A program made the translations under genes and the position numbers. A stretch of 64,000 bases of DNA from Epithemia pelagica. Its lineage: Eukaryota; Protista; Bacillariophyta. The stretch is taken from positions 1,488,001 through 1,552,000 of the forward strand of contig OX337238.1 of the NCBI GenBank assembly GCA_946965045.2, read 5' to 3'. The notes under the pieces are model-generated. The model was not told the DNA's origin. It did no database searches and saw nothing but the letters and a program-made list of their open reading frames with translations. Of this stretch, positions 9,934 through 21,396 are shown one piece after another; the stretch's first letter is position 1; the number at the start of each line of letters is the position of its first letter.

Positions 9934-11421
9934 CTACAAGAATCGTTTGTAGTCTTTGACGATTGTCATAAGGCATAGACCCACACCGACCCCCATGGTA
10001 AAACTGGCCAAGGGGAGGTACCCCTGATCCGACGATGGTTGTTGGGGTTTGGCTTGTTCGAGATCGGCACTTTCTTGGTTGAGCCGTTCCAATCGCACAT
10101 GTTCGGGAACCGGAACCAGATCCATTTGGACGCCATCATTCAGCAAGACCAGAGTGGTTTGGGTCAACAAGTCGTCCAAAATGCCCAAAATAAGACCGTA
10201 CAAGGAGGCATGAAGCTGAGCCGTAAATTGTTGACTAAAATTGGGTTGAAACAAACGAGAAAACCAACTGCGTTTGGTTTGTCCTTCGTGAATATCAATG
10301 CCGGCTTCATGGGAGGCATAGGCCAATAACAAATCGGTATCGACCGGTGTACAAATGGCATGTTGTCGTGATTCCGATGGAGTTGTGGTGGCCACGGCAC
10401 TGGATCCGTCGAGGACTTTTTGGGCTTGTTCCGTTAGCAACTGTTTACGTTGTGTGGGTTCAATGGACAAGCGAAAATCGTGTCCACAGACGGAGACGGC
10501 CAAGGTGGCCGAAAGCAAATCCAGTAGACGAAAGACAATTTTGAGACAATTGACGTAGAGTTGCCGTTCCAAGGCATCGGGGATCAAGGGTTGATTGACC
10601 GCCTTGTTGGCCAACATGCGATCGGCCATTTCTTCCAAGACTGCTTCATCCAAATCATTGCGCAATTGAGACAGTTGCTGTTCCGTTTCCTTATCCAATG
10701 GAAGGCGATGCAACTGCAATTCATGAGCCAAAATGGACGTTCCATGCAATTGGCCAAGAACGTGGTAAATCAAATTCAAGGTCAATTGAATGGTCGACTT
10801 GTACAATTGCCGTTCCATATAATCCGGAATTGCCACAATATTAATGGTTGGATCTTTCAAGCAATCTTCCACCAAGGCATCCACTTGTTTGGAGTCCACA
10901 CCAGAGGGCCAAAACGGATTGGGAGGTGTGACATGCGGCGTTGTTGTTGTTGTGGTTGGTTCGGAGCTTTTCTCTTCAGTGGTTGATGGCGCTTCGTTTT
11001 CGTCACACCAACTGGTGAGAAGGGACCCTCCAGTGGCGGTCGCCAACAACCCGGCTGCAGCAGCCATGATGCCGCCAACCCGTTTCGAAAAGGCAGACTT
11101 GTTGTTGTAGTTGCCTGCTTTGCTGACAGTCGAGAAGGTAGTATTGTTGGCTGCAGCCATCCTGGTAGTAGAATTGCTCGATGCGGCATCGGACGTTGCA
11201 TTGGTGGCAAGAGTCCGTGTCGTGGGTGTGGATGGAAATGGGGACAAGGGAGGAATGGCACAGGCACACGGTGCCATCCCGGAACGTAAGGGAGCGACCG
11301 CGGCCCCCATGCCACCACCATTGAGGTGAAGCAAGGAACGGACCAACGGCACTTTCAAGGACGACGCCATGCTGCGCGGTGGCTGCTGCGAAATTCGGGA
11401 GAGGAGCAAGCGATGCACCAT
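9934..11421 (-). CDS. Conserved hypothetical protein, probable mitochondrial presequence, two internal repeats and C-terminal TM helix
   Basis: Long ORF. R/S-rich N-terminus; duplicated motif DPTINIVAIPDYMERQLY / NKAVNQPLIPDALERQLY; hydrophobic C-terminus LASFTMGVGVGLCLMTIV. Confidence 0.7.
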   Translation of the reverse strand: MVHRLLLSRISQQPPRSMASSLKVPLVRSLLHLNGGGMGAAVAPLRSGMAPCACAIPPLSPFPSTPTTRTLATNATSDAASSNSTTRMAAANNTTFSTVSKAGNYNNKSAFSKRVGGIMAAAAGLLATATGGSLLTSWCDENEAPSTTEEKSSEPTTTTTTPHVTPPNPFWPSGVDSKQVDALVEDCLKDPTINIVAIPDYMERQLYKSTIQLTLNLIYHVLGQLHGTSILAHELQLHRLPLDKETEQQLSQLRNDLDEAVLEEMADRMLANKAVNQPLIPDALERQLYVNCLKIVFRLLDLLSATLAVSVCGHDFRLSIEPTQRKQLLTEQAQKVLDGSSAVATTTPSESRQHAICTPVDTDLLLAYASHEAGIDIHEGQTKRSWFSRLFQPNFSQQFTAQLHASLYGLILGILDDLLTQTTLVLLNDGVQMDLVPVPEHVRLERLNQESADLEQAKPQQPSSDQGYLPLASFTMGVGVGLCLMTIVKDYKRFL

Positions 11422-13320
11422 GCTGATCCTTCTACGAATCAAGTCGGTGACAAATACAATGGTTCTTTGGGCAACCCAACAACCGCAATGACGAACACCT
11501 TTCCCATCCAAAGATTCGTCCCCGTCAAAAGAAGCGACTTAACAACGACTACGACACGACCGTTTCTCTCATTGCTAAACCCGAGCCCAAAATAGGTAGA
11601 CATTGTCTGTGAGGCTTCGATGTCAAAGACCCATCTGAGCATCCCACCTACAAAGGTCATCCGATGGAACTATCGAGCATGAATATATAGTATGCGGAGG
11701 GTGCTTTCGACCGTGAGACTACTGCCGGGCAGTATGGATTGAACAAAGCTTGAGGGTGTACCTTTTCTACGGAACCATAGAGTGCTGTATGGCGTGGTTG
11801 ATTTTGACATGAGAGAAGCACATTACCAAGACACTGCTGTTGCTCTCGACACGTCGAGAGGAGGTACTTTCTACGCATCTATGTAAATGTCATGATGGGT
11901 TGTGCCATTCGATGCGGCTGTGTCAAGCAAGGGCAGATTATCAAATGTTTCTGTGACCACCATCCTTACGATACTCCTTGTGCGGACGAGATTCCACAAA
12001 CAAGTAGGTTCCTAGTCAAAACGCGGAATATGCAAACAGAAGGACAACAAGAACAAGAGGGGAAATGCCATGTTCGCATGGTTTGGAACCTAAAGCAGTG
12101 TCATGTATCCGTAGGTTGCCCCTGATCCGATTGTGGAGAGCTCTCAAGGTTCCGTTCTCGCGTTGTTGCTCTTTCTCAAGTTCTCTCCCGTGTCAGGACT
12201 TGTTCGTTTGTCATTCGAGGATTCGAGGCATCATTTCCCCAAACAACTACTGCCAGTTCGGATCTTGAGAAAGAGGATCCGCTCCATCTCTTTCCGTCCG
12301 TCCAGTCGCGAGCGATTGGCGTTGGAAGTTGGAAGGGATTGCAGGAGAGGCCAGCGCGGAATGCGTGACTGCGGTATCCCCACAAACGCGACTCCTGTCG
12401 CAAGGCGAGACACGCCACAGCCACATTATTTTTGCAACTTGCACAACACATACACAAGGCATGGTCCATGGTCATCGGATTCTCATGCTCGGCCCATGAT
12501 GCTTTCAGCCTGCGACAAGACTGCAGTCCATTCACTTTATGGGAATCTGTTTCCTTTCTAACAGAGTTGGGAAACGGATGCCCTCCCTGCCGCCAAAAAT
12601 AATTGCTTCCATTTTTATCATTGGCATTCTCCATCGTGTCTTTTGTTCTTCTTGTTTGCCTTGTGTGTGTTTGTTTGTCATGGTTTCTCGCCATGTTTCA
12701 TGTTATATGAACTACCATTCGTTTGGAATGGTTCTGCGCGCTGTGACCTGCGATGCAATCCCAGATTTACTCTAGTCCGTGCTGCCGTATTTTGGGGCGA
12801 ACGAACCCATCGTCGCTTCTGACAGAAGGATGGACCGCGTCATGAAGATGAGTTCCCATCATCCACCGGTGTGGTGGTGGGTTTGGTGTTGTTTGATTCT
12901 GCTCGTGTTGTTTGTTTCTCGTGTTTACTGTGTTTACTTCGGATGGCGTTGTCATTGCCCGCTACTCCGAGGGATGGTCCAGTCGCTAGCGACTGACTGG
13001 AATCCATCTCGCGACTCAGAACTTCTTGGAAACACGTGCTTGTACTTATGCCCTGTACAGGTCGCCATGCTTGAGTTCCGCTGTATCCATGGACCTGCCG
13101 GCGCGGAATGCGTGAACCAGCCCCATACATTCTTCCACGCGAGCCGATAAACAGAAGCATCCATGCGACACCCGTCGGGCGCACGTGCACATGTCGGAAC
13201 AATCACACATACACACAACTCGAGAATAACTCAATCTCAACAACCAAATTATTGAGACCACACACTTTTCTTGTCATTGTGAACATCCACGGCGCAGCCA
13301 CAACACACTAGACCAAGAGC

Positions 13321-15687
13321 ATGGAGGACGACAGCGCCATTCCTGGTTGCCCCAAGGGAACAGAGGATCCCAACGCGGACGAAATGGCGGAGGATGAGGC
13401 GATTCGTCAGGTATGGCAAACGTATACGAACCAGTTTCGTCCACCACCGTCCCCAACACCAAACCATCAACCCACTGATCCACAACCACCGCCTCGCAAC
13501 AACAACAACAACAACACTGAGAATGAAGCTGCCCAAGAGCAACCACCACAACGCCCGGTGTACTTGCGATCCATTCACTTTCCGGCGGGTATGCATTTGA
13601 CTGGTCGTCAATTGGACGTTTTACAATCCGAAATCTCCAACCTCGATTCATCGTCGTCGTCGTCATATATTGCCGGCGCCACTCGAAACAACAACAACAA
13701 TGATTGGAGACGCCACATTCCTCGTCCCAATACAGTGGAAATTTCACCCCACGTCACCTTTGCTCCAACGGCTGGACCGTCGTTGCGAGCCGTCTTGGCC
13801 GAATTAAAGGGTGAACCCATGATGGTATTGCATGGCAAGCGACGATTGGCGGCGGCCACCTCCGAACAACAAGAACCACAGGACGAACCATTCCAAGACG
13901 TGGAACCTGCCACGTTGCAAGACTTTGAAACCTTGTTCACTTGTCTCACCGCACCACCACCATTGCGGCGGCAACAACCCACCGACGATCGACCTCGTAC
14001 CCACCGTCGCACCAAACTGGGTAGTAGTAGTACCATGGTGGGAATAACCGTGGCCTTGTTGGAATTGGACTTGTGTGGACGCAGGGCGGGGCAGCAATTG
14101 GGACGGTTGGTCTCGTCGTTTGATCGACGGTGTGGCTTGTACATGAATGCCAGTCGTGTGGACCGGAATTTTGGTCACGCCTTTTGTACCACGGCCACCC
14201 AGGTTCCCTATGCCTGGATTGTCAATCATGGTGCCGAACCTAGTGTGGAACACAACGACAATGACAATGACAGTCATACTCATGACTCGGTTTGGTCCCT
14301 CCTCTTTGAGTATTGGCGCACGCATGGCACTGTCCCCAGCATGATTCAATTTAGCAACATGTCCTTGGGAACCGCCTTGCCCCATCTCAATCGCTTGTTG
14401 CAAGCCCAAGCTACCGCCGTCGTTCATTCGAGTCCGGCGTCGGCGTCGTCGGCCCTTCAAATTCTCAAGTTGCGCCACGTGTCCTTTGCCGAAACCACCG
14501 CGGCACTGGAATGGCAAGTCTTTTTTCATCAAGCCATTCCCTACATTCCCAGTGTCGACTTGTCCGATTGCACGGCCCTGTCATTGCTCGTGCCATCGTC
14601 ATCATCGTCGACCGTATCCTCGCCGCCGTCCCGGAGACGGCTCTGGTCTTCCTCCTCGTCTGCGACCAATTCTCCTCCCAGCCAGTATCGGGGCTGGCGT
14701 GATTTGACCTTGGCCAATACCCGAGTCTTTCAACCCTTTGACCACAAGATGGATCTCATTCAAACCTTTGTCGATTCCCTCCTCTTTCCCAATCCGTCGT
14801 CGTGTCCGGAAAATCATGACGACAATGATGACGACGACCAGGCACGAGGACGACAAGGACAACGAAGACGACACGGTTCGCTGCAAGAACTCAACTTGTC
14901 CAGTTGCAGTGTCGACGATACCGTGGCCCGGGCCCTCTTTACCGCTCTCCAGGAAAATACCACGCTTCAAAAATTGTTGGTGGGAGGGGACAATCCAATG
15001 ACTCTCACCACCACTTCAACCTCCAACAATACAAACAACAACACTACAACAATCACCAATTCTCGTTCGGATTATGGTTCTTGGTACGACTGCTTGTCAC
15101 AGATTGGTCATTTGCGAGAATTGCATCTTCCAGCCAGTCTCTGGTCTCATACCAGGAGATGTGAATGGAATCCATTTTTGCAAGCCCTGTTTCAAAATAC
15201 CAGTCTCTGTACCGTCGTCCTGGAACCGCCCGCACCTCCTCGTGAACGACGACACGACGAACAAGGAGACGAAGACGACGACGACGAACGCACCCACACG
15301 GCCACCACCACCACGATTCGGGACGGTGACGACCCACGAATGCCGCGCCACACCATTTTGGAAACCATTCACTCCATTACCAAGCGCAACCGCGGACTTG
15401 ACATGATCCACACGACATTGGACGCCTTGGTCGTCCAAACCACCACCAATACAACTCCCACCTCCTGGGAAAAAGACGAGGAGGAGCACCACGCGACGTG
15501 GTCGTGCGATCGAGCGTGGTGGGGGTTGGTCATTCCAGTCACTATGGAATTGGTGCAGGACAATCCCAGTGCTCTCTTTCTCTTGATGCAAGGCATGTGG
15601 CCTCAACTCGGCCACACTACCACATCCAAAACGAACCCCAACATGCCTCCGATCCGAGACGACAGCAGAACTCGTACAGCATGCTGA
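13321..15687 (+). CDS. RNI-like leucine-rich repeat protein (788 aa)
   Basis: LQILKLRHVSF, IPSVDLSDC, SLQELNLSSCSVDDTVARALFTALQENTTLQKLLVGG, LRELHLP, LFQNTSLCTVVL; N/S/T homorepeats. Confidence 0.75.
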   Translation: MEDDSAIPGCPKGTEDPNADEMAEDEAIRQVWQTYTNQFRPPPSPTPNHQPTDPQPPPRNNNNNNTENEAAQEQPPQRPVYLRSIHFPAGMHLTGRQLDVLQSEISNLDSSSSSSYIAGATRNNNNNDWRRHIPRPNTVEISPHVTFAPTAGPSLRAVLAELKGEPMMVLHGKRRLAAATSEQQEPQDEPFQDVEPATLQDFETLFTCLTAPPPLRRQQPTDDRPRTHRRTKLGSSSTMVGITVALLELDLCGRRAGQQLGRLVSSFDRRCGLYMNASRVDRNFGHAFCTTATQVPYAWIVNHGAEPSVEHNDNDNDSHTHDSVWSLLFEYWRTHGTVPSMIQFSNMSLGTALPHLNRLLQAQATAVVHSSPASASSALQILKLRHVSFAETTAALEWQVFFHQAIPYIPSVDLSDCTALSLLVPSSSSSTVSSPPSRRRLWSSSSSATNSPPSQYRGWRDLTLANTRVFQPFDHKMDLIQTFVDSLLFPNPSSCPENHDDNDDDDQARGRQGQRRRHGSLQELNLSSCSVDDTVARALFTALQENTTLQKLLVGGDNPMTLTTTSTSNNTNNNTTTITNSRSDYGSWYDCLSQIGHLRELHLPASLWSHTRRCEWNPFLQALFQNTSLCTVVLEPPAPPRERRHDEQGDEDDDDERTHTATTTTIRDGDDPRMPRHTILETIHSITKRNRGLDMIHTTLDALVVQTTTNTTPTSWEKDEEEHHATWSCDRAWWGLVIPVTMELVQDNPSALFLLMQGMWPQLGHTTTSKTNPNMPPIRDDSRTRTAC

Positions 15688-16531
15688 GTGACATTCGTGT
15701 CAAAGCAGAGAGGCCCCATGCAAACGCATTTGCGTAGGCCCTCTCACGAACGCCAAACGACACGAAGCACTGTACCGTTGCGCGTGTCAGGAGAGAACGA
15801 AAAACCAAGCAGCGGCCAACCACACCCGAGTACGACGGATGTAGTGGAACGGAGAACCGTAAACCAAAAGGACAACGAAACAAAGGACGACGACATGGAA
15901 GCAGCACTTGTTCACCTTGGTCGATTGTGATCGTACATGAATGTCAGTAGGCAGTGCCGGTGAACAAACAAGAAAGGCGGTCCAATACGACGCCATGGCA
16001 GAGTTCCATGCGCGAGAATGAAAACATTGTGCTGCGTTTCTGGAACCAAAACAATGCGTGTTTTGGTGAGGCCGTTGGGCATCGCTTGTCGCAGATTTTG
16101 ATGCTGCGCAGAATCTCTGGCAGTTGCATATGCTACTAAGCTATAGAATGTTGTACCAACACAAGCGTGCTGGCGACTGCGAATCATTGCAATAATACAC
16201 TAAAAAAGTCAGAAAAGCTAAAAATCCAGTGTCAACTCTCAAACAAAGGTCTTGCACCCAAAATTTTTAAAAATCATTTCTCTGGTGATAGGCTGACCTT
16301 TCAAAGTCATTTCTACGATTCGGAGCTTCACATGTCATGGTTGCATCACTCCTTTGTGAATCCGTCGACATGACACAATCTGTAACTGGACAATGGCTAG
16401 AATACTGCAAGGGGATTTTCATCCCTTACATCAACAAGCGTCCTCATCTTTGCCTTATATCCATTGCCATGAGCGATCCAGTATCATCGCTCCTCATTCC
16501 TCCTCGTTGTCGCATTGAAACCTGTCGGTTC

Positions 16532-17020
16532 TTACGAGTCTAGACTCGACCAAAATCCTTGAATCCAAGGTTCCACTTCTTCCAAACCAGTGCGTTCATC
16601 CGCAATCCCCAAGGTATATTGCCGTTGTCCGCCCAAGGCATGCAATCGTGCATCCAATTCTTGAGCAACTTGATTGCAATCCTTCGCCGATGTAGTTTGT
16701 CGATCCAACAATAAATTGGAATCTCCCAAGCCCAAGACGGCGAATCGAAATTTGCCATCCAGCAAGGTTTCTGGATGTGTTTTGCGTTTAAAGAATCGGA
16801 CGCAACTGCCCCCTTCTTCGGTCGGTGCCGCATTTTCAATGGTTTGCAACACAAAACACACAATCGTCTCGGCGTCGTGATCCAACAGGGCCTTGGGACG
16901 CTCCGAAGCGCATTGCATACGGACGGTGGCGGTGACGGAACTAGGCTTTTTGGCAACGACTTGCTCGGCTACATCCTTGGCCAATTCACCGCCATGAACC
17001 ACAACGACCGTCGAAACCAT
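16532..17020 (-). CDS. Stand-alone flavodoxin-like domain protein
   Basis: TIVCFVLQTIENAAPTE..LLDGKFRFAVLGLGDSN..AQELDARLHALGGQR..ADERTGLEEVEPW matches the Flavodoxin_1 (diflavin-reductase FMN-domain) pattern. Confidence 0.82.
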   Translation of the reverse strand: MVSTVVVVHGGELAKDVAEQVVAKKPSSVTATVRMQCASERPKALLDHDAETIVCFVLQTIENAAPTEEGGSCVRFFKRKTHPETLLDGKFRFAVLGLGDSNLLLDRQTTSAKDCNQVAQELDARLHALGGQRQYTLGIADERTGLEEVEPWIQGFWSSLDS

Positions 17021-17147
17021 GGTGCTCGATACAAAAGTGTGTTGAACGAATGACAACAAGACCACCTTTCTCCTAGCACGTGCTTCCGATTTGCACTGTC
17101 ATTTTTCGTGCAGCTGACGTACCTGTACATGAAAGTTACACGTGTAA

Positions 17148-17176
17148 GTAGCTACCTACCTTAGGTAGGTAGCTAC
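17148..17176. repeat. Perfect palindrome, 14-bp arms, 1-nt spacer
   Basis: GTAGCTACCTACCT-T-AGGTAGGTAGCTAC. Confidence 0.9.
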
Positions 17177-17275
17177 CGAGGGCAAGTGCTCCAAGTAGAA
17201 TTTCAGAAAGTCACCCTAACCTAATAAGCACGAACTTAGGATTGAGAACTAGAGCGCTACCCAACTACCATGAAC

Positions 17276-18450
17276 CTATATATGTTTCCCCTTCGTTTCT
17301 TCTAGTGGAGGACGCCCATCCAATTTCATGGGAATTCCGGGAGCAACGGGTTGCATCACCGACGCCGTTCCCATGGCGACGGGTGGAGTGGAAGCGGCCA
17401 TAGGGACATAGGACGGCGCGGATGCAATCACACCCATTGGAATGCCTTCGGCAAAGACGGGAGGAGGAGTGGTCGCGGAAGCAGGGTACGTTCCGGTCGT
17501 TAATGGTGCAGTAGGGCTCGTCGGGTAGGCCAAGGGCATCTCTCCGTACACGGCACCGGGAGTCGGAGCAACACCAACAACCGAAGGTGGAGTAGTGTAG
17601 TAGACGGGTGCTGGCATGTAGGATGCAGGCACCATTCCTGCGGGAGCACAGTAGCCCCCTTGTGGGTAGGGGTACTGCTGCACGGCAGTGCCGTCCCCAT
17701 AGTACATCATCATGGATGGATCATAGGTAGGTACGGGACCTCGTCCATAGTGTTTCATGGCGGTAGCTGCGGGAGGATTTAAGTTCGGAGATCGTCGCTG
17801 GGAATGATACTTTCCCATTCCGCCTCCACCACGCGATTCCTTGGGTTCCGCCATTTTGATTTCAATCAGCTTGTCACGCATTTGGACACGTCCGGTGGTC
17901 GGTCCCGTCGGGTCGGTACTGTGGGGATCGCGTCCGAGCGTGAGCAGATACTTGGCCACGGCGGCATCCTGAAAGGTAACGAATCCAAAGCCACGTGATC
18001 GTTGGGTTTCAAAGTCAAACATGACGACACTGTCAATCAATTCTCCGTATTGTTCAAAAAAGGCTCGAAACTCAGCATCCGTCACATCTTGAGGAAGGCC
18101 TCCCACAAAAAGCTTGCGAGCATCCTTCTTAAAGGGTGGAACGGTCAGGGCACGTCGAGTACTGGTTCCAGTTAGGTCCGCAGCAACCTCATGATCGGGA
18201 TCCACATTGCTAGTGCCACTAGCCTGGTCTTCCACTTGGGTAGTTAAATCCTCAGACTGCGCTGTTTGCTCAGGTGGGGCTTGCGTTTTCGAATTCACCC
18301 CGCCGCTTTCTTCGGTACCCTGTTGCGGATTGGAGTCATCGTTCCTCTTTGGAGACGAGGAGGACGAGGTTGTTCCGTCAGGATCCGCCGTTGGGGTGGG
18401 CTTGTCGTCGCCAGTGTTGGTTGGTTGAAGATCCGTCGAGTTTGGGCTCA
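17276..18450 (-). CDS. RRM RNA-binding protein (hnRNP A1/Musashi/DAZAP1-like RRM) with P/Y-rich C-terminus
   Basis: RKLFVGGLP (RNP2)..RSRGFGFVTF (RNP1)..KLIEIKMAEPKE. Confidence 0.88.
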
Positions 18451-19139
18451 TGGGCGACACAGACAACAAGAGTGGAGATACAAAGACCGGACGTAGACGT
18501 ACGTAGAATCAGTACTGGAAGCAGGATTCGGGTTCGATGTGCGAAAGAATCCAAACGATAATGAGGTTTTGATGAGATTGATGGCCTCAAGATCGAATCG
18601 TCCGAATCGACTTGTTGACTCAAGATATTGGTTTCAAAGAAGAAAGGTGATCAGAGAAGCTAGAACCCGTCAAGGGCAACAGCAAAGCTGCGCAAAACCA
18701 ACGATACCAATGGGATGATTCTGGAGTTCGTGAAGGTGGGATATGCGAAGAGTCGGACCCAGACGTGAGATACTCCCCGGAAGGAAGCCGAGAGAGGAGA
18801 GAGAGACAGAACTCTCTTGGATTTGGATGGCACAGAAAGACGTGAACGCGGACACAGGGACTACTGTTTGGATCATACGGATTCGGTGGGGAGGACGCAA
18901 AGGGTGCGCATGACGTGGTTTCATCCTGGATCGAGTCACCCGAGAAGATCGCTTGGAAATTACATGAAGCGTGATTGCATAATTTCGAGCGGATCCATCA
19001 AGTCATGAGTGCATAGGGATCTTATATATCCTACGTCATGAAATTCTTTCACCCGCTATGGAGTAATCGGTGGAAGCTATTAGGCTATGAGAGGCAGAGT
19101 TCCTAGCTAGTAGTTCTCTAGCTAGGAGAACCTTCGAAA

Positions 19140-19637
19140 TCACCGCCGCTCCTGTCGACTGTTATTCTTGTTGGTAAGTACTGGGTATCGTAGCTCGGCA
19201 TTCTCCATTTTACCCTTTTCACTCGACACTGTCACAGACTCCTCCTCTTCCTTGTCGACAACCTTACCTTCATCTAGACCCATTTTATCCATGAGCGACG
19301 AGAGGCGTCCTTGTTGTTCATTGCTCAACGATCGCGATTTTCCTTCATCGCTAATATCTCCAATTTCGGTGCACTTGTACAACGCAATGTTGGTAAAGAA
19401 TCCGGTACTACACAGTGCCTCATTTCGGTCTTTCAAGGCATGGGCGACCGACGGCACCGTACCAGTACTACAGGCAGTTCTCATCACCCTTGCCGTCCTT
19501 GTCAAAAAGGCACGGCGGAAGGAAGAATCTGCTTCGTGCCCCCGGGGTCGATGAGGAGGAGGAGGGGCAGAAAGGCAGTGCACGAACGACGTCCTGCTGC
19601 ACATCCACACCAAGAGCGCTGGTACAAGGAAAACCAT
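19140..19637 (-). CDS. Small protein with putative tripartite presequence (signal peptide, transit peptide, twin-arginine lumen signal)
   Basis: MVFLVPALLVWMCSRTSFVHCL signal; SSFRRAFL twin-Arg motif; AHA cleavage site; then LKDRNEALCSTGFFTNIALYKCTEIGDISDEG. Confidence 0.5.
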   Translation of the reverse strand: MVFLVPALLVWMCSRTSFVHCLSAPPPPHRPRGHEADSSFRRAFLTRTARVMRTACSTGTVPSVAHALKDRNEALCSTGFFTNIALYKCTEIGDISDEGKSRSLSNEQQGRLSSLMDKMGLDEGKVVDKEEEESVTVSSEKGKMENAELRYPVLTNKNNSRQERR

Positions 19638-20409
19638 CTCGAAGAGACAACTAGCTCGTCTCATTATTGTGAGAAGATTGATTTGTACAAAAGCAAAGAA
19701 AGGAGGGTGATCCAGTACGGTATAGTGTTGCCAACGGATCTACCGTGACGGAGCAATCATCAATGATGTTGTGCTCGGGTTCGTACATGTACATGGTGTG
19801 GAGAGGGGGTACGTAGTACGTACCACGATACTTCTCCGTGATTTCATTTTTATGTAAGATCGCGCAACTGTCGCGCAATCGCGCCGGCTATTTTGCTCCG
19901 AAACCATCTATCAAACGTGGTACCCCCTAGCGAAAAGGTGAATCCAGATTGATCGTGATTCACAGACAGACAGAGTGCACTGACTGATGTTTTCACCCTT
20001 ACCCATTCACGAGCAGGACTCGCTCTTCCGCTAGGGATATCAAACGTGCATGAAAATGATTTTCGTTCCTCGCCGCAACTGCCGAAACAGAACGGTTTTA
20101 TGGTGGGAAGTGGGAACTCGCAAATAAAAAACCCGCCCACACCGGCAAAACGGTGGGATCCCGTATTTTCCTTGAGAAGCCAAAGTGGTTCATTAGTAGC
20201 AGCACGATGACAAAGGACAAGAACGAGCAACCCACATCAGTGGTGATTGAGGTTCCCTCTCTACAAACCCCCGATGTTCTTTCTTCGGAAGAGAACGAGG
20301 GGGACAATGCTGAATCTGCGTGGGATTGTCCTCTCAATGCCACGCCGAAGCTGAAAACGAATTCCTCTTCGTTGAGTAGTGTACTCCTTCCGCCTCATCT
20401 TGACAGTCG

Positions 20410-21396
20410 GTGAATTCCTATGTGGAAAAGAAAGGTCGAATCACTCGCGAGAGTGATGGGGTGAGTGCCGATGTCATGGTGCCAGAGGGCTTGGTCGATA
20501 TGAAACGTCTCGCGAAGAAACAATGCGATATCCAGTCACGGGGTACAAAGATCCCGGTCTTTGTTACCTTTGACAAGGAGAACTTTACGGGCCCAATGGA
20601 CGAGGAAGAAGCCAAAATGTTCGCCAAGCGCTCGGCTTGTCTTGTAGTGGCACGAGGAGGGGGCAAAGGCGGCAAAGGCCAAGCTGCCCTCATTGTCGAA
20701 GACGACGGGACTCGCCGACTGGTCACAGCCAAGCATGTCCTGCAATCAATGACCAAAAAGATAGATGGGAACGAAGTTCGGCTGTCAATCCACATGGCGG
20801 CAATGTACTCGCCGTTGTCCTTGGAAAAATTCAAGTATTTTTCAGCCTCCTTTTTCAGCGATTCAGAATGTGCAAAGGAGGACCCTGGGTGTCTTCTTCG
20901 GGATGGCGCGCATTGGGCATGGAATATAGATATCGCCTGGAGTCAGCCCTTGACGGACCTTGACCGCAACGACTTGTTGTTGTTTGACGAACTCTGCTTG
21001 GAAAATTTCACCATGGTCCCACCAAACTTCGTGTGTGAAGTAGGACAGAAAATAGGGCTCGTCGTGTACAATCGCTACCCTATCACACCGGATCACAAAG
21101 CTGTCACAGGAAGCAACCTTGCGGATGAGGAGCTTACCGAGGAAGATCTAGCAAGAGTCTATGGACCAGGACAAGCAATTGTCATCCATCGAGGTGTAAT
21201 CCAATTTGTTGGTGAGAATCACATTGAGTACATGATCAACACCTATGGTGGCTGTGCAGGAGCCATGGTATTCTTGCTGGAAAAGGACGACGAGAACTGC
21301 GGCAAAGCGATTGGGGTGCATGCTGGGAAGCACAATGACCTCGGGGATATCAGCATTGCTTTCAAGTTTCCAGCGCCGGGACAAAGTCCTCCATAG
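20410..21396 (+). CDS. Trypsin-like (chymotrypsin-fold) peptidase homolog, nucleophile position Ala
   Basis: RLVTAKHVL (His), NIDIAW (Asp), INTYGGCAGAMV (expected GxSG), KAIGVHAG. First in-frame ATG at 20476; an upstream exon is possible. Confidence 0.65.
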   Translation: MNSYVEKKGRITRESDGVSADVMVPEGLVDMKRLAKKQCDIQSRGTKIPVFVTFDKENFTGPMDEEEAKMFAKRSACLVVARGGGKGGKGQAALIVEDDGTRRLVTAKHVLQSMTKKIDGNEVRLSIHMAAMYSPLSLEKFKYFSASFFSDSECAKEDPGCLLRDGAHWAWNIDIAWSQPLTDLDRNDLLLFDELCLENFTMVPPNFVCEVGQKIGLVVYNRYPITPDHKAVTGSNLADEELTEEDLARVYGPGQAIVIHRGVIQFVGENHIEYMINTYGGCAGAMVFLLEKDDENCGKAIGVHAGKHNDLGDISIAFKFPAPGQSPP

